A stretch of DNA of 64,000 nt. Source: an uncultured Gemmatimonadota bacterium. Its GTDB lineage: Bacteria; Gemmatimonadota; Gemmatimonadetes; Palauibacterales; Palauibacteraceae. Location of the stretch: contig CAYMQZ010000001.1 of the NCBI GenBank assembly GCA_964392705.1, positions 8,155 through 72,154 of the forward strand, read 5' to 3'. The notes under the pieces are model-generated. The model was not told where the DNA came from. It did not search any database and was given only the letters and a program-made list of their open reading frames with translations. A program made the position numbers and the translations under genes. Shown in pieces: positions 37,740 through 47,100 of the stretch (its first letter is position 1; every line of letters begins with the position of its first letter).

Positions 37740-38666
37740 ATAGACAAGATCACCGTCGTCGGCGCCGGGCACGTGGGCGCCACCGCCGCGCAACGGATCG
37801 CCGAGCGCGAGCTGGCGCGCCAGGTCGTGCTCGTCGACATCGTGGAGGGGATGCCCCAGGGGAAGGCGTTGGACCAGTGGGAGTCCGCTCCGGTCGAGGG
37901 TTTCGACACGCGAGTGACGGGTAGCCAGGGCTACGAGCCCACGGCCGGCTCGGGCCTCTACATCGTGACGGCGGGCCTGGCCAGGAAGCCGGGCATGAGC
38001 CGGGACGACCTGGTCTCCAGGAACGCCGAGATCATCGCGGGGATCTCGAGGGAGATCCGGAAGCACAGCCCCGAGGCCATCGTCGTGATGGTGACGAACC
38101 CGCTGGACGCGATGGCCTACGTGGCCAAGCGGGTGACCGGGTTCCCCCGCCGACGGGTGATCGGGATGGCCGGGGTGCTGGACACCGCCCGCTTCCGCAG
38201 CTTCATCGCGCTGGAGCTGGAGGTGAGCGTCGAGGACGTGCAGGCCCTGGTCCTGGGCGGGCACGGGGACAGCATGGTGCCGCTCGTGAGCACCGTGTCC
38301 GTGGGCGGGATCCCGCTCACCCAGCTTCTCCCCCCGGACCGCATCGAGGCGCTCGTGGAGCGGACCCGGAAGGGCGGAGGGGAGATCGTAAGCCTCCTGA
38401 AGGAGGGGAGCGCCTATTACGCGCCGTCGTCGGCGGTGGCCCAGATGGTCGAATCCATCGTTCGCGACAAGAAGCGGGTGCTTCCGTGCGCGGCCTGGCT
38501 CGAGGGCGAGTACGGCCTCCAGGGGCTCTTCCTCGGGGTCCCGTGCAAGCTCGGTCGGGAGGGGCTCGAGGCGGTCCTGGAAGTGGAGCTGTCGGAGGAC
38601 GAGCGGGCGGCACTCGAGCGCTCGGCGGCCGACGTGCGGGAGACGATGGAGAAGGTGTCCGTCTGA
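37740..38666 (+). CDS. mdh: Malate dehydrogenase (LDH-like, NAD-dependent); no canonical start codon found
   Basis: [32 protein letters not shown] and VTNPLD. The conserved N-terminus begins 8 codons after the TGA at 37713-37715. The only candidates are ATA at 37740 or ATC at 37749, with GGGGAAG 4 nt upstream. Confidence 0.82.
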   Translation: MDKITVVGAGHVGATAAQRIAERELARQVVLVDIVEGMPQGKALDQWESAPVEGFDTRVTGSQGYEPTAGSGLYIVTAGLARKPGMSRDDLVSRNAEIIAGISREIRKHSPEAIVVMVTNPLDAMAYVAKRVTGFPRRRVIGMAGVLDTARFRSFIALELEVSVEDVQALVLGGHGDSMVPLVSTVSVGGIPLTQLLPPDRIEALVERTRKGGGEIVSLLKEGSAYYAPSSAVAQMVESIVRDKKRVLPCAAWLEGEYGLQGLFLGVPCKLGREGLEAVLEVELSEDERAALERSAADVRETMEKVSV

Positions 38667-38700
38667 GGACGCGCTCGCGTCCGCGGGCTCAGTGGACCAC

Positions 38701-40041
38701 CTAGGTGATCGGGACCTCGGCCTCGTGCAGGGGGCGGCGGATCGACACGTCCGGGTGCTCGGCCAGCTCCAGGAGCCGGGGCTCGGCGAGCGGCTCCCAG
38801 TCGGCGTCCCACAGGACCTCCACCGTGGGCCGCATCAGGTTCGTCGCGTTCGCGGCCACCACGCGTCCGATGTCGCCGGTGTCGAGCTGCACGTAGCTGT
38901 CCACCGGGAAGACGGAGATCTCGCTCGCCAGCGCGTCCACGACCTCCGGATCGAAGTACTCCTCCCGCATCGACGTCACCTTCTCCAGCGCCTCGAACAG
39001 GGTGAAGGGCGAGCGGTGGGTCCGGACCTGCGAGAGGGCCTCGAACACGTCGGCGGCGCCCAGGATGCGGGCGAGGGGATCGATCTCTTCGCCCCGGAGC
39101 CCCTCCGGGTAGCCCTGTCCACCGAGCCGCTCGTGCTCCTGCCGGACCGCGCGCCGGAGCCACGCCCACTCGTCCCCGAGGTCGGACAGGATGCTCGCGC
39201 CGTGCTCGGGATGCCGCTCCATCTCCTCCCGCTCCAGCGACGTGAGGCTGCCCTCCTTCAGCAGGATCCGCTCGGGCACCCGCGTCATCCCGATGTCGTG
39301 CAGGAGGCCCGCCAGGACCGCGCGCTGGGTCTCCTCGACCGGGAGGCCGAGCCCGATCGAGACCTTGCCCGCGATGACGGCCACGTTCGCGCAGTGATGC
39401 GCGAGGTCGAACCGGGCGTACGGCTCGAGCGCGCGCAGGAGCAGCAGGTTCGACTGGAGCAGGGAGGTGTGGATGCGCTCGGCGAGCACGCGACCCGGCG
39501 TGGGATCGGGCACCCCCCCGCCACGAGCTTCCTCGAGCGCGCTCCGCACCCAGGCCGCCGTCTCGCCGTACAGGGGTCGGGCGCTGAAGCGAGTCGGCTC
39601 GCGCAGCCGTACCGCGCGCCGCTCGCTCGGGCGGGCGCCGGCGGCCTGGACCGAGCCCGCGGAAGCCAGGGAGCGGCAGATCACCGCCAGGGTGGCGGCG
39701 CGGAAGGGGCGGGCCAGCACGTGCTCGCCCCCCGATCCGAGCGCTGCGGCGGAGCCGCCCTCCGGCAACAGGATCACGGCCGGGATGGGCTCGGCTCCCG
39801 GTTCCCGGATCCGGGCCAGGAAGGGGGCGAGGTCGACGTCCGCGTGCGCGGCATCGGCCACCACCAGACTCACGTTCGGCTCGGCGGCCGTCTCCCGCAC
39901 CCGGTCCGGATCGGCGGAGGCGTAGAAGGCGAGACCCGCCTGCGCCAGGGCCTCGCGGGTCACCGCGTCCAGGTCGGACCGTCCGCAGAGCAGGGCGACG
40001 GCGTCCGGCCCGCCGACCGCGCTCGGATCTCCCATCTCCAT
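38701..40041 (-). CDS. HD-GYP domain phosphodiesterase with N-terminal receiver-like domain
   Basis: HD...HHCANV...LLHDIGM...HPEHG...GGQGYPEGL (HD-GYP). The N-terminal roughly 130 aa resemble a CheY-like fold, with a weak acidic pocket and no KP motif. ATG at 40041 preceded by GGGGAGGAGAGAGGA. Confidence 0.78.
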   Translation of the reverse strand: MEMGDPSAVGGPDAVALLCGRSDLDAVTREALAQAGLAFYASADPDRVRETAAEPNVSLVVADAAHADVDLAPFLARIREPGAEPIPAVILLPEGGSAAALGSGGEHVLARPFRAATLAVICRSLASAGSVQAAGARPSERRAVRLREPTRFSARPLYGETAAWVRSALEEARGGGVPDPTPGRVLAERIHTSLLQSNLLLLRALEPYARFDLAHHCANVAVIAGKVSIGLGLPVEETQRAVLAGLLHDIGMTRVPERILLKEGSLTSLEREEMERHPEHGASILSDLGDEWAWLRRAVRQEHERLGGQGYPEGLRGEEIDPLARILGAADVFEALSQVRTHRSPFTLFEALEKVTSMREEYFDPEVVDALASEISVFPVDSYVQLDTGDIGRVVAANATNLMRPTVEVLWDADWEPLAEPRLLELAEHPDVSIRRPLHEAEVPIT

Positions 40042-40185
40042 CCTCTCTCCTCCCCTCGGGCGGGCGGCTCGGAGGGCGAACGTCGCGCGCGCCCGCCGGC
40101 ACCGGCGGCCGCCTTCCCTCCCTTTCGAAGACAGCCCAAACATAACCAGGGTGGCGCGCTCCCGCCTCCGCCGTAGCTTCAGGGC

Positions 40186-40557
40186 ATGGACCGGACCTTC
40201 GTGATCCTGGGCGCGACCCTCGGCCTGTTGGCCGTCGCCGCCGGCGCGTTCGGGGCCCACGCCCTTCGGGAGACGTTGACGCCTCCTGACCTGGCGGTCT
40301 TCGAAACGGCCGCCCGCTACCAGATGTACCACGCCCTGGCGCTGCTCCTGGTGGGCGGGCTCGCCGGCCGCTGGCCGGGGGGCCTGTGGGCGGCCGGCGG
40401 GTGGCTGTTCGTCGTCGGGACGCTGGTCTTCTCGGGGAGCCTCTACCTGCTCGCGCTCACCGGGGTCCGGTGGCTGGGCGCGGTCACCCCCTTCGGCGGC
40501 GCCTGCCTGCTCGGCGGCTGGGGCTGCCTGGCACTGGCCGCGCTGCGGGAGGGGTAG
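40186..40557 (+). CDS. DUF423-family small membrane protein (YgdD-like)
   Basis: GAFGAH motif and four TM helices. Divergent from the HD-GYP gene. Confidence 0.7.
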   Translation: MDRTFVILGATLGLLAVAAGAFGAHALRETLTPPDLAVFETAARYQMYHALALLLVGGLAGRWPGGLWAAGGWLFVVGTLVFSGSLYLLALTGVRWLGAVTPFGGACLLGGWGCLALAALREG

Positions 40558-40588
40558 CGACCTCGCGGACGCGGGCGGCGTAGCGACC

Positions 40589-42373
40589 TCACAGACGCGG
40601 CGGGGTCACCCCCTCCTGCTTCTGGTACTTCCCGCGCTTGTCGGCGTAGCTCACCTCGCACGGCTCGTCCGATTCGAAGAAGAGCACCTGGGCGATCCCC
40701 TCGTTCGCGTAGATCCTCGCCGGCAGGGGGGTCGTGTTGCTGATCTCCAGCGTCACGTATCCCTCCCATTCGGGCTCGAACGGGGTGACGTTGGTGATGA
40801 TCCCGCAGCGGGCATACGTTGAATTGTGGGCGAAGATTCCATTTGCCAGGAAGTTGTGTGCGCCGGGGACCGTGAGGTCGAAGACCTCCTCCTCGCCCGC
40901 GGGCTCGATGGAGCGCACGGCATCCCACAAAGGGCCGCCGCCGTCCGTGAGCGCTTCCAGCTCCTCATCCTCCGTGATCGCCGCCACCGCCGAAGCTGCC
41001 GCGTACGGCACCGACTGCGCGGGCTGAGTGCCTCGGACCCCCATGCTGCGGAGACTCCTGCCATGCTCGCGCGCGCCGCGCCGGAGCAGCTCCCAGCCCT
41101 CGCGCGGCAGCGTGTGGAAGTTCGACTTCCGCCGCGGACGAGCGCGCAGCGCGGGCAATCGCTCTTCGAGTCGATCCTGCTTTTCGGATCCGGGCCAAAA
41201 GCCGATCCGTTCCGCGAAGCGAAGCACCTGACGCCGATCCGTGATCTGGAGGCGAAAGGCCCGCGTCTTCGCCCGGGTGCGGCGCTCGCGAATGAGCGAC
41301 ACGATGCCGTAGCGCAGGAGGAGGTGGTGGACGTCCTCGATCAGACGCCGGGACTTGGAATAGTACTCGAGGAAAACCCCCTCGCCCGTGTAGAACGACC
41401 CGTCGCAGGAAAAGAGCGCGCGCAGGAAGCGCCTCACCGACGGCTCCGGTGCCGTGAAGACCGCCTGCGGGACGTGCTTCGCTCCCGCGCCGACGCACAG
41501 TCCATGGCTCGCCAGCCATCGGCTGCATGCGTTGCGTTCCATGGTCCCTCCGCGCCCGCGCCTGTTCACGATACGGTAGCCGTATGTTCCCTTGGGGGAG
41601 ACTTCCGCTCCGATCCCCACGACCGACTCCTCGAGTAGCCGCACGAGGACCGGGTCCGCCGAGGTGAACGTGGGGCTGTGGCCCGGCGCCTTGCACTGGC
41701 CCTCGGAGATCATGAGCCCGAGCAGGGCGGCCTCCCAGGCGGGAAGCGTCGTCCGGCCGAACACCGGTACCTCGCGCGCGACCGCGATCCGGTCGCCGGG
41801 CCGCAGGCTCTCGAGCGCCGTCCAGCCGTCGAGCTTGCGGAAGGGGTGGTTGGCCGTGGCGCGAACCTTGAGTCCGAGGCGCGTCGTCAGTTCGAAGACG
41901 GGCTTCCGGCCCTGCGGCAGGAACCGGCTCACCGGAAGCTCGCCTCCGCGCCAGCCGTCCAGACCGAACGTGCGGGCGCCCCCGGCAAACTCCGCGATCG
42001 GCAGATAGGCCCCGGTGTCGGCATCCACGACGCGCGTGTCTCCGGCGACGCACTTGCCCACGCAGATCGTGAGCACGTTCCGGGGGATGCGGAAGTACTC
42101 CACCGAGCGCGCCAGCGCGAAGGAGTTGGGCGGGATGATGCAGGTGTCGGACTGGACCTCGATGAAGGAGCGCTCGTCGAACGCCTTCGGGTCCACCACC
42201 TGCGAGAGGGCGTTGTGGAAGATCCGGAACTCGTCGGCCACGCGCATGTCGTAGCCGTAGCTGCTGAGCCCGTACGAGATGGCCCCTTCGCGGACCCCCC
42301 GGTCGGCGAACGGCTCGATCATCCCTCGTTCGGTCGCCATCCGGCGGATCCAGCGGTCGCTCTTGATCGTCAT
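40589..42373 (-). CDS. dcd: dCTP deaminase interrupted by an intein (extein 184 aa plus intein 410 aa)
   Basis: Exteins [11 protein letters not shown]...DMRVADEF...NVLTICVGK / [49 protein letters not shown] match Dcd across the KSS-AR-G motif. An ORF between them starts Cys and ends His-Asn followed by Ser. ATG at 42373 overlaps the hydrolase stop (ATGA). Confidence 0.85.
   Translation of the reverse strand: MTIKSDRWIRRMATERGMIEPFADRGVREGAISYGLSSYGYDMRVADEFRIFHNALSQVVDPKAFDERSFIEVQSDTCIIPPNSFALARSVEYFRIPRNVLTICVGKCVAGDTRVVDADTGAYLPIAEFAGGARTFGLDGWRGGELPVSRFLPQGRKPVFELTTRLGLKVRATANHPFRKLDGWTALESLRPGDRIAVAREVPVFGRTTLPAWEAALLGLMISEGQCKAPGHSPTFTSADPVLVRLLEESVVGIGAEVSPKGTYGYRIVNRRGRGGTMERNACSRWLASHGLCVGAGAKHVPQAVFTAPEPSVRRFLRALFSCDGSFYTGEGVFLEYYSKSRRLIEDVHHLLLRYGIVSLIRERRTRAKTRAFRLQITDRRQVLRFAERIGFWPGSEKQDRLEERLPALRARPRRKSNFHTLPREGWELLRRGAREHGRSLRSMGVRGTQPAQSVPYAAASAVAAITEDEELEALTDGGGPLWDAVRSIEPAGEEEVFDLTVPGAHNFLANGIFAHNSTYARCGIITNVTPFEPEWEGYVTLEISNTTPLPARIYANEGIAQVLFFESDEPCEVSYADKRGKYQKQEGVTPPRL
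40823..42052 (-). mobile_element. Intein with LAGLIDADG-type homing endonuclease domain inside dcd
   Basis: N-terminal splice junction K|CVAGDTRVV; C-terminal junction FAHN|S. Two LAGLIDADG-like blocks ([24 protein letters not shown]). Flanking exteins rejoin to a canonical ...VGKSTYARCG... Dcd motif. Codon positions checked: TGC at 42052-42050, AAT at 40825-40823. Confidence 0.8.
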
Positions 42374-43233
42374 CGGACGGTTCTCCGGTCCTCTCTCCCC
42401 GGGGGGATCCTTCGGCCTTCGATCGCTCTCGCCACCTCGACCACGGCGCGCGCCACCACCTCCGGGGCCTCCTCCGGCACGACGTGGCCGGCGGCCGGAA
42501 GCGCCGCGAACTCGAATCCCAGTCGACCCGCCAGTCGGGCCGGGCCCCGAAGCCCGATGCGACGATCCCGCGCGCCTCCCACGACCCGGCCGACCAGGGG
42601 CCGCGCCGGGAGGTGACGCTCCAGCGCGCTCGGCTCCCAGTCGGCCAGGACGCGGAGGAGCAGGCGCGCCCGGTCGGGGTCGGCGTACGGCCCCGCGTAG
42701 CGGTCGACATCCGCACGGGACGGCGCGCGTCCGGACCCGTAGGTGCGTCGAAGGATATAGGCCGCGAGGGGACGGCGCAGGGGTACGAGCGCGCTGGCGG
42801 TCAGGAGACGGACGGGGCGGGCCCGCAGCAGGTGGAGGATCGACGGACGCCGGGTCCAGGGATGCACGGGGTTCAGCAGCACGAGGCCCTCGACCCGGGT
42901 GTCGGCCGCCGCCAGGGCGAGGGCCAGCGCGGCTCCGTGGGAATGTCCGACGACCAGACGGGGGACGAAGCGGAGCGCCTCCAGAACGGATCCGAGGCGT
43001 GCCAGCTCGTGCTCCAGGCCGTGGGGGAGGTCGGGTCGGGGCTCCGATTCGCCGCGTCCGGGCAGGTCCGGCAGGCACAGCTCGAACCGTCCCTCGAGCC
43101 GGGGGACCAGGGCGTCCCAGGTTCGACGGTTCGCGCTCAACCCGTGCAGGAGCAGGAGGGGGACCCCCCGACCGCGGCGCTCGACCCGCACCCGGCCCCC
43201 CGACGTCGCCACGTCGCTCGTTGTCGCAGCCAT
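42370..43233 (-). CDS. Alpha/beta-hydrolase fold protein
   Basis: HG oxyanion motif [10 protein letters not shown] and nucleophile elbow VGHSHGAAL. Start ATG at 43233, or 43275. Confidence 0.75.
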   Translation of the reverse strand: MAATTSDVATSGGRVRVERRGRGVPLLLLHGLSANRRTWDALVPRLEGRFELCLPDLPGRGESEPRPDLPHGLEHELARLGSVLEALRFVPRLVVGHSHGAALALALAAADTRVEGLVLLNPVHPWTRRPSILHLLRARPVRLLTASALVPLRRPLAAYILRRTYGSGRAPSRADVDRYAGPYADPDRARLLLRVLADWEPSALERHLPARPLVGRVVGGARDRRIGLRGPARLAGRLGFEFAALPAAGHVVPEEAPEVVARAVVEVARAIEGRRIPPGREDRRTVR

Positions 43234-43401
43234 AGCCCTCACGGGGGGGCGTCCCGAAGCCCGGCCGCCGGCCATACGGTCCCCGCCCGAGGACCGAACG
43301 CCGGATCGTCCGGGAGGGGCGCCGCGCCGTTCGGTGGAGGGGCGAAAACGGCTCCCGCTTCCTTGCTCGCCCGTCGGCTGCGCGCTATGTTCGCCGGGTT
43401 C

Positions 43402-43419
43402 AAGTGAAACATTTCACAA
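43402..43419 (+). promoter_or_regulatory. CRP/FNR-family-like palindrome aaGTGAaacattTCACaa, 28 bp upstream of the nuoA start
   Basis: Read from the sequence: 5-bp inverted arms GTGA(A)/(T)TCAC with a 6-nt spacer, matching the TGTGA-N6-TCACA architecture. It lies in the divergent intergenic region between the hydrolase-dcd unit and nuoA. Confidence 0.45.
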
Positions 43420-43445
43420 GGCGCGTTTCCGCCACCGGGTGAGGC

Positions 43446-43802
43446 ATGCTCGACTCGTATCTTGGCATCCTGTTCCTGGGCGTCGTGGCTCTCCTGAACG
43501 GGGCCCTCATGCTGGGCCTGTCCCACGCCATGGGCTCGCGCCGACCGACCGCCGCGAAGGCGAGCCCGTACGAGTCCGGCATGGTGCCCCTGGGAACGAC
43601 CCGGGAGCGTTTCTCGGTCAACTTCTACATCGTGGCGATGCTGTTCATCGTCCTCGACATCGAGACGCTGTTCCTCATTCCGTGGGCCGTCGTGTTCCGG
43701 GACCTGGGCCTCGTCGGGTTTCTCGAGATGACCGTCTTCATTCTCGTCCTCCTGGTCGGGCTCGTCTACGCCTGGCGCAAGGGAGCCCTGAAGTGGGACT
43801 GA
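43446..43802 (+). CDS. nuoA: NADH-quinone oxidoreductase subunit A
   Basis: Three-TM protein ...YESGMVPLGTTRERFSVNFYIVAMLFIVLDIE. Confidence 0.93.
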   Translation: MLDSYLGILFLGVVALLNGALMLGLSHAMGSRRPTAAKASPYESGMVPLGTTRERFSVNFYIVAMLFIVLDIETLFLIPWAVVFRDLGLVGFLEMTVFILVLLVGLVYAWRKGALKWD

Positions 43803-43887
43803 GTGCTCCGCTTCGTAATTACGCCTGCATTCGTGCGCCGCTGCATCGCGCCATGCGGCGCGGGCGGCCGCGCGCGCGAGGGACGTG

Positions 43888-44586
43888 ATGGCGAAGGAGC
43901 TCAGCACGCTGACGGCGACGAGCGACGCCGAGCGCGTCGACACCGGCATTCCGCGGAACTGGCTCACGACCAAGCTGGACTACGTGATCAACTGGGCCCG
44001 GCGAAACTCCCTGTGGCCCATGCCGTTCGGCACCGCCTGCTGTGCCATCGAGATGATGGCGGCCGCCGCTTCCAAATACGACATCGGCCGCTTCGGCATG
44101 GAGCGCATGTCGTTCAGCCCGCGGCAGGCGGACCTGATGATCGTGGCGGGCCGCGTGAGCTACAAGCTGGCGCCGGTCCTGCGCACGATCTGGGACCAGA
44201 TGCCGCAGCCCAAGTGGTGCGTGTCCATGGGAGCGTGCGCGAGCTCGGGCGGCATGTTCGACAACTACACGATCATCCAGGGCATCGACCAGGTGATCCC
44301 GGTGGACGTCTACGTGCCCGGTTGCCCGCCCCGACCCGAGGGGCTCATCTACGGGCTCCTGATGGTCCAGGAGAAGATCAAGGGGGAGTCGCTGGTCGAC
44401 CCGGCGGCCCGGGAGGAGACGGCGGATTCGATCGGCCGACCCAACCTCCCCCCGGAGGCGATCGAGCTCGTGGCCCAGCCCTTCGGCAACTCCACGAACC
44501 AGAACAAGGTGAGCGGTCTCGCCCCGACCCACGCCGTGGCCCGGCCCGGCGATCGGCGGGAGCGGCTGCTGGAGCATCGCGACTGA
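43888..44586 (+). CDS. nuoB: NADH-quinone oxidoreductase subunit B
   Basis: Cluster-N2 cysteines ...[11 protein letters not shown]...GACASSGG...PGCPP. Confidence 0.95.
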   Translation: MAKELSTLTATSDAERVDTGIPRNWLTTKLDYVINWARRNSLWPMPFGTACCAIEMMAAAASKYDIGRFGMERMSFSPRQADLMIVAGRVSYKLAPVLRTIWDQMPQPKWCVSMGACASSGGMFDNYTIIQGIDQVIPVDVYVPGCPPRPEGLIYGLLMVQEKIKGESLVDPAAREETADSIGRPNLPPEAIELVAQPFGNSTNQNKVSGLAPTHAVARPGDRRERLLEHRD

Positions 44587-44588
44587 CC

Positions 44589-46496
44589 GTGACGGGTCCC
44601 GAAGTCGGGGCTAGGCTGGAGCCCGAGGTGCTGAGGCGCCTCGTGGTCCCGGAGTCTCCGGAGGCCGGGTCGCCGGAGGACCATCCGGGCGTCCGCGCGC
44701 TGCGCGACCGCTTCGGGGACGCGGTTCGCCGCGTCGTCGACGACCCGGCCGGCTACCCCGCCGCCTACGTCGATCCGGGCCGCAATCTCGAGGTCCTGGA
44801 GTTCCTGCGCGACGAGCCCTCCCAGTCCTACGAGATGCTGCTGGACGTGATGGGCGTGGACCTGGGGGGAGGACGGCCGATCCAGGTCTGGTACCAGCTC
44901 TGGTCGCTGCGGCACGGCCGCCGGCTCCGCGTGACCTGCGAGGTGCCGCTGGACGACCTTTCGCTGGAGAGCGCGACCGGGCTGTGGCGCTCGGCCGACT
45001 GGCTGGAGCGCGAGGTGTACGACATGTTCGGCGTCACCTTCCGGGGCCACCCGGACCTGCGCCGGATCCTGATGCCCGAGAACTACGAGGAGGGGTTCCC
45101 CCTCCGAAAGGACTTTCCGCTCCGCGGCCGCTTCAGCCGCTCCGAGCAGGTGCGCCGCGCCCTCACCCGTTCCCTGGAGGACGTCTACGCGGCCGAGGAG
45201 CTGGAGCTGGCCGGGTACGGGGGCCGGGCGGCCGCGCGGGTGGCCGACGTGCGCGATCTGGCCCCGGACGAGCGGCCGGAGGAGATCCTGCGGGCGGTCT
45301 CCGGCAACGGCGCCCCCCGCGGCGAGACCGAGGCCGAGCCGATGCTGATCAACATCGGGCCGCAGCATCCGGCCACGCACGGCGTGCTCCGGCTCGTCCT
45401 TCTCCTCGACGGCGAGCGGGTGCTGCGCTGCATCCCCCACATCGGGTACCTGCACACGGGATTCGAGAAGACGTGCGAGTACCGCGAGTGGAACCAGGTG
45501 ATCCCGTACACCGACCGCATGGATTACCTGGCCCCGATGATCTACAACATCGGCTACGCGATGGGCGTGGAAGCCCTGCTCGGGGTGGAGATCACGCCGC
45601 GCTGTCGGGTCACCCGCGTGATCCTCTGCGAGCTGAACCGGATCCTGGGCCACCTGCTGTGGCTCGGGACGACCGGCATCGACCTGGGGGCGTTCACCGT
45701 CTTCCTCTACACCTTCCAGGAGCGGGAGCGCATCTACAACCTCCACGAGGCCTACTGCGGAGGCCGGATCACCACCAGCGTCACGCGCGTGGGCGGGATG
45801 CTGGCCGACCTGCCCGTGGGCTGGGTCGAAGGCGTGCGGGAGTTCGTCGAGACCTTCCCGAAGACGGTCGACGAGTGCGAACGGTTGCTCACGCGCAACG
45901 CGATCTGGGTCTCCCGCACCGAGGACGTCGGGACGATCGGCCCGGAGGAGGCGGTGAGCTTCGGGCTCACGGGACCGAACCTGCGCGCGAGCGGCGTGCC
46001 CTACGACATCCGGAAGGCGCGCCCGTATCTGGGCTACGACGAGTACGACTTCGACGTGCCGGTGGGCGAGCGGGGCGACACGTACGACCGCTACCTGGTG
46101 CGGGTCGAGGAGATGCGGCAGAGCGTCCGCATCATCGAGCAGGCGCTGGACCGGCTCCCGGACGGGCCGATGAACGTGGACGACCCGAAGGTGATCCTCC
46201 CGCCCAAGAGCGCCGCGATGGGCTCGATCGACGCCATGATCTCGCACTTCAAGCTGGTGATGGAGGGCCTGCAGGTGCCGGCCGGCGAGACCTGGTTCTC
46301 GCTCGAGGGCTCCAAGGGCGAGCTGGGGTTCGGGATCGTCTCGGACGGGGGGACGAAGCCCGTGCGCTGCCGGTTCCGAGGCCCCTCCTTCGTGAACGTC
46401 GCCGCGCTGCCGTACCTGGTCGAGGGGGAGCTGGTGGCCGACGTGATCGCGATCAATGCTTCTCTCGATGTCGTACTCGGCGAGATCGACCGGTGA
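44589..46496 (+). CDS. nuoCD: NADH-quinone oxidoreductase fused subunit C/D
   Basis: NuoC block ([19 protein letters not shown]...[22 protein letters not shown]) continues in frame, without a stop, into NuoD ([25 protein letters not shown]...). Only 3 residues precede the GPQHP motif. GTG start directly after the nuoB stop. Confidence 0.85.
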   Translation: MTGPEVGARLEPEVLRRLVVPESPEAGSPEDHPGVRALRDRFGDAVRRVVDDPAGYPAAYVDPGRNLEVLEFLRDEPSQSYEMLLDVMGVDLGGGRPIQVWYQLWSLRHGRRLRVTCEVPLDDLSLESATGLWRSADWLEREVYDMFGVTFRGHPDLRRILMPENYEEGFPLRKDFPLRGRFSRSEQVRRALTRSLEDVYAAEELELAGYGGRAAARVADVRDLAPDERPEEILRAVSGNGAPRGETEAEPMLINIGPQHPATHGVLRLVLLLDGERVLRCIPHIGYLHTGFEKTCEYREWNQVIPYTDRMDYLAPMIYNIGYAMGVEALLGVEITPRCRVTRVILCELNRILGHLLWLGTTGIDLGAFTVFLYTFQERERIYNLHEAYCGGRITTSVTRVGGMLADLPVGWVEGVREFVETFPKTVDECERLLTRNAIWVSRTEDVGTIGPEEAVSFGLTGPNLRASGVPYDIRKARPYLGYDEYDFDVPVGERGDTYDRYLVRVEEMRQSVRIIEQALDRLPDGPMNVDDPKVILPPKSAAMGSIDAMISHFKLVMEGLQVPAGETWFSLEGSKGELGFGIVSDGGTKPVRCRFRGPSFVNVAALPYLVEGELVADVIAINASLDVVLGEIDR

Positions 46497-46518
46497 GGCG
46501 CGCGGGACGGGACGGCTG

Positions 46519-47100
46519 ATGGCGAAGCGGATCCATCCGGCGGTCGTCGGGGCCCAGCCGTACCAGCTGGCCGAGCGCGATCCCCCCGACGGGCCCCTGT
46601 TCGCGGACGAGGAGGGACGGGACCGGCTGGAGAAGGCGCTCGGCCGCTATCCCGAGAAGCGCGGCGCGCTGCTCCCGCTCCTGAATTACGCGCACGAGCG
46701 CCGGGGCTGGATCTCGACGGAGGACATGGGGGAGATCGCCGCGGCGCTGGAGCTGACGCCCGCGTACGTCCACTCCGTGGCCACCTTCTACACGATGTAC
46801 AACAAGCACCCGACGGGAACCTGGCTCGTCCAGGTGTGCACGAACATCTCCTGTCACCTGAACGGCGCGGACGAGGTGTTCGAGCGGTTCCTGGCCGAGA
46901 CGGGGACGCGGCCCGGCGAGACCTCGGAGGACGGGCTCTTCACCTGCATGGAGGTCGAGTGCCTGGGCGCCTGCGGCTTCGCCACCGTGGCCCAGATCAA
47001 CGACGAGTACTGGGAGGAGCTGACGCCGGACCGGGTGGCGGACGTGCTCGACGAATTGCGGCTGCGGACCGACGGCGCGGGCGGGGAAGGGGGGGGCTGA
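46519..47100 (+). CDS. nuoE: NADH-quinone oxidoreductase subunit E (2Fe-2S)
   Basis: CTNISCHLNGADEV...CMEVECLGACGFATV. Confidence 0.93.
   Translation: MAKRIHPAVVGAQPYQLAERDPPDGPLFADEEGRDRLEKALGRYPEKRGALLPLLNYAHERRGWISTEDMGEIAAALELTPAYVHSVATFYTMYNKHPTGTWLVQVCTNISCHLNGADEVFERFLAETGTRPGETSEDGLFTCMEVECLGACGFATVAQINDEYWEELTPDRVADVLDELRLRTDGAGGEGGG

Noticed and set aside
40589-43078. 829-aa minus-strand ORF as a single gene
   Set aside because: Upstream of ATG 42373 it reads through the alpha/beta-hydrolase gene in another frame. Only dcd plus the intein (594 aa) is real.
46456-46518. Long NuoE N-terminal extension starting at ATG 46456
   Set aside because: It overlaps the end of nuoCD, and the extension ([21 protein letters not shown]) is not NuoE-like. 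ATG 46519, directly after the nuoCD stop, is the better start.
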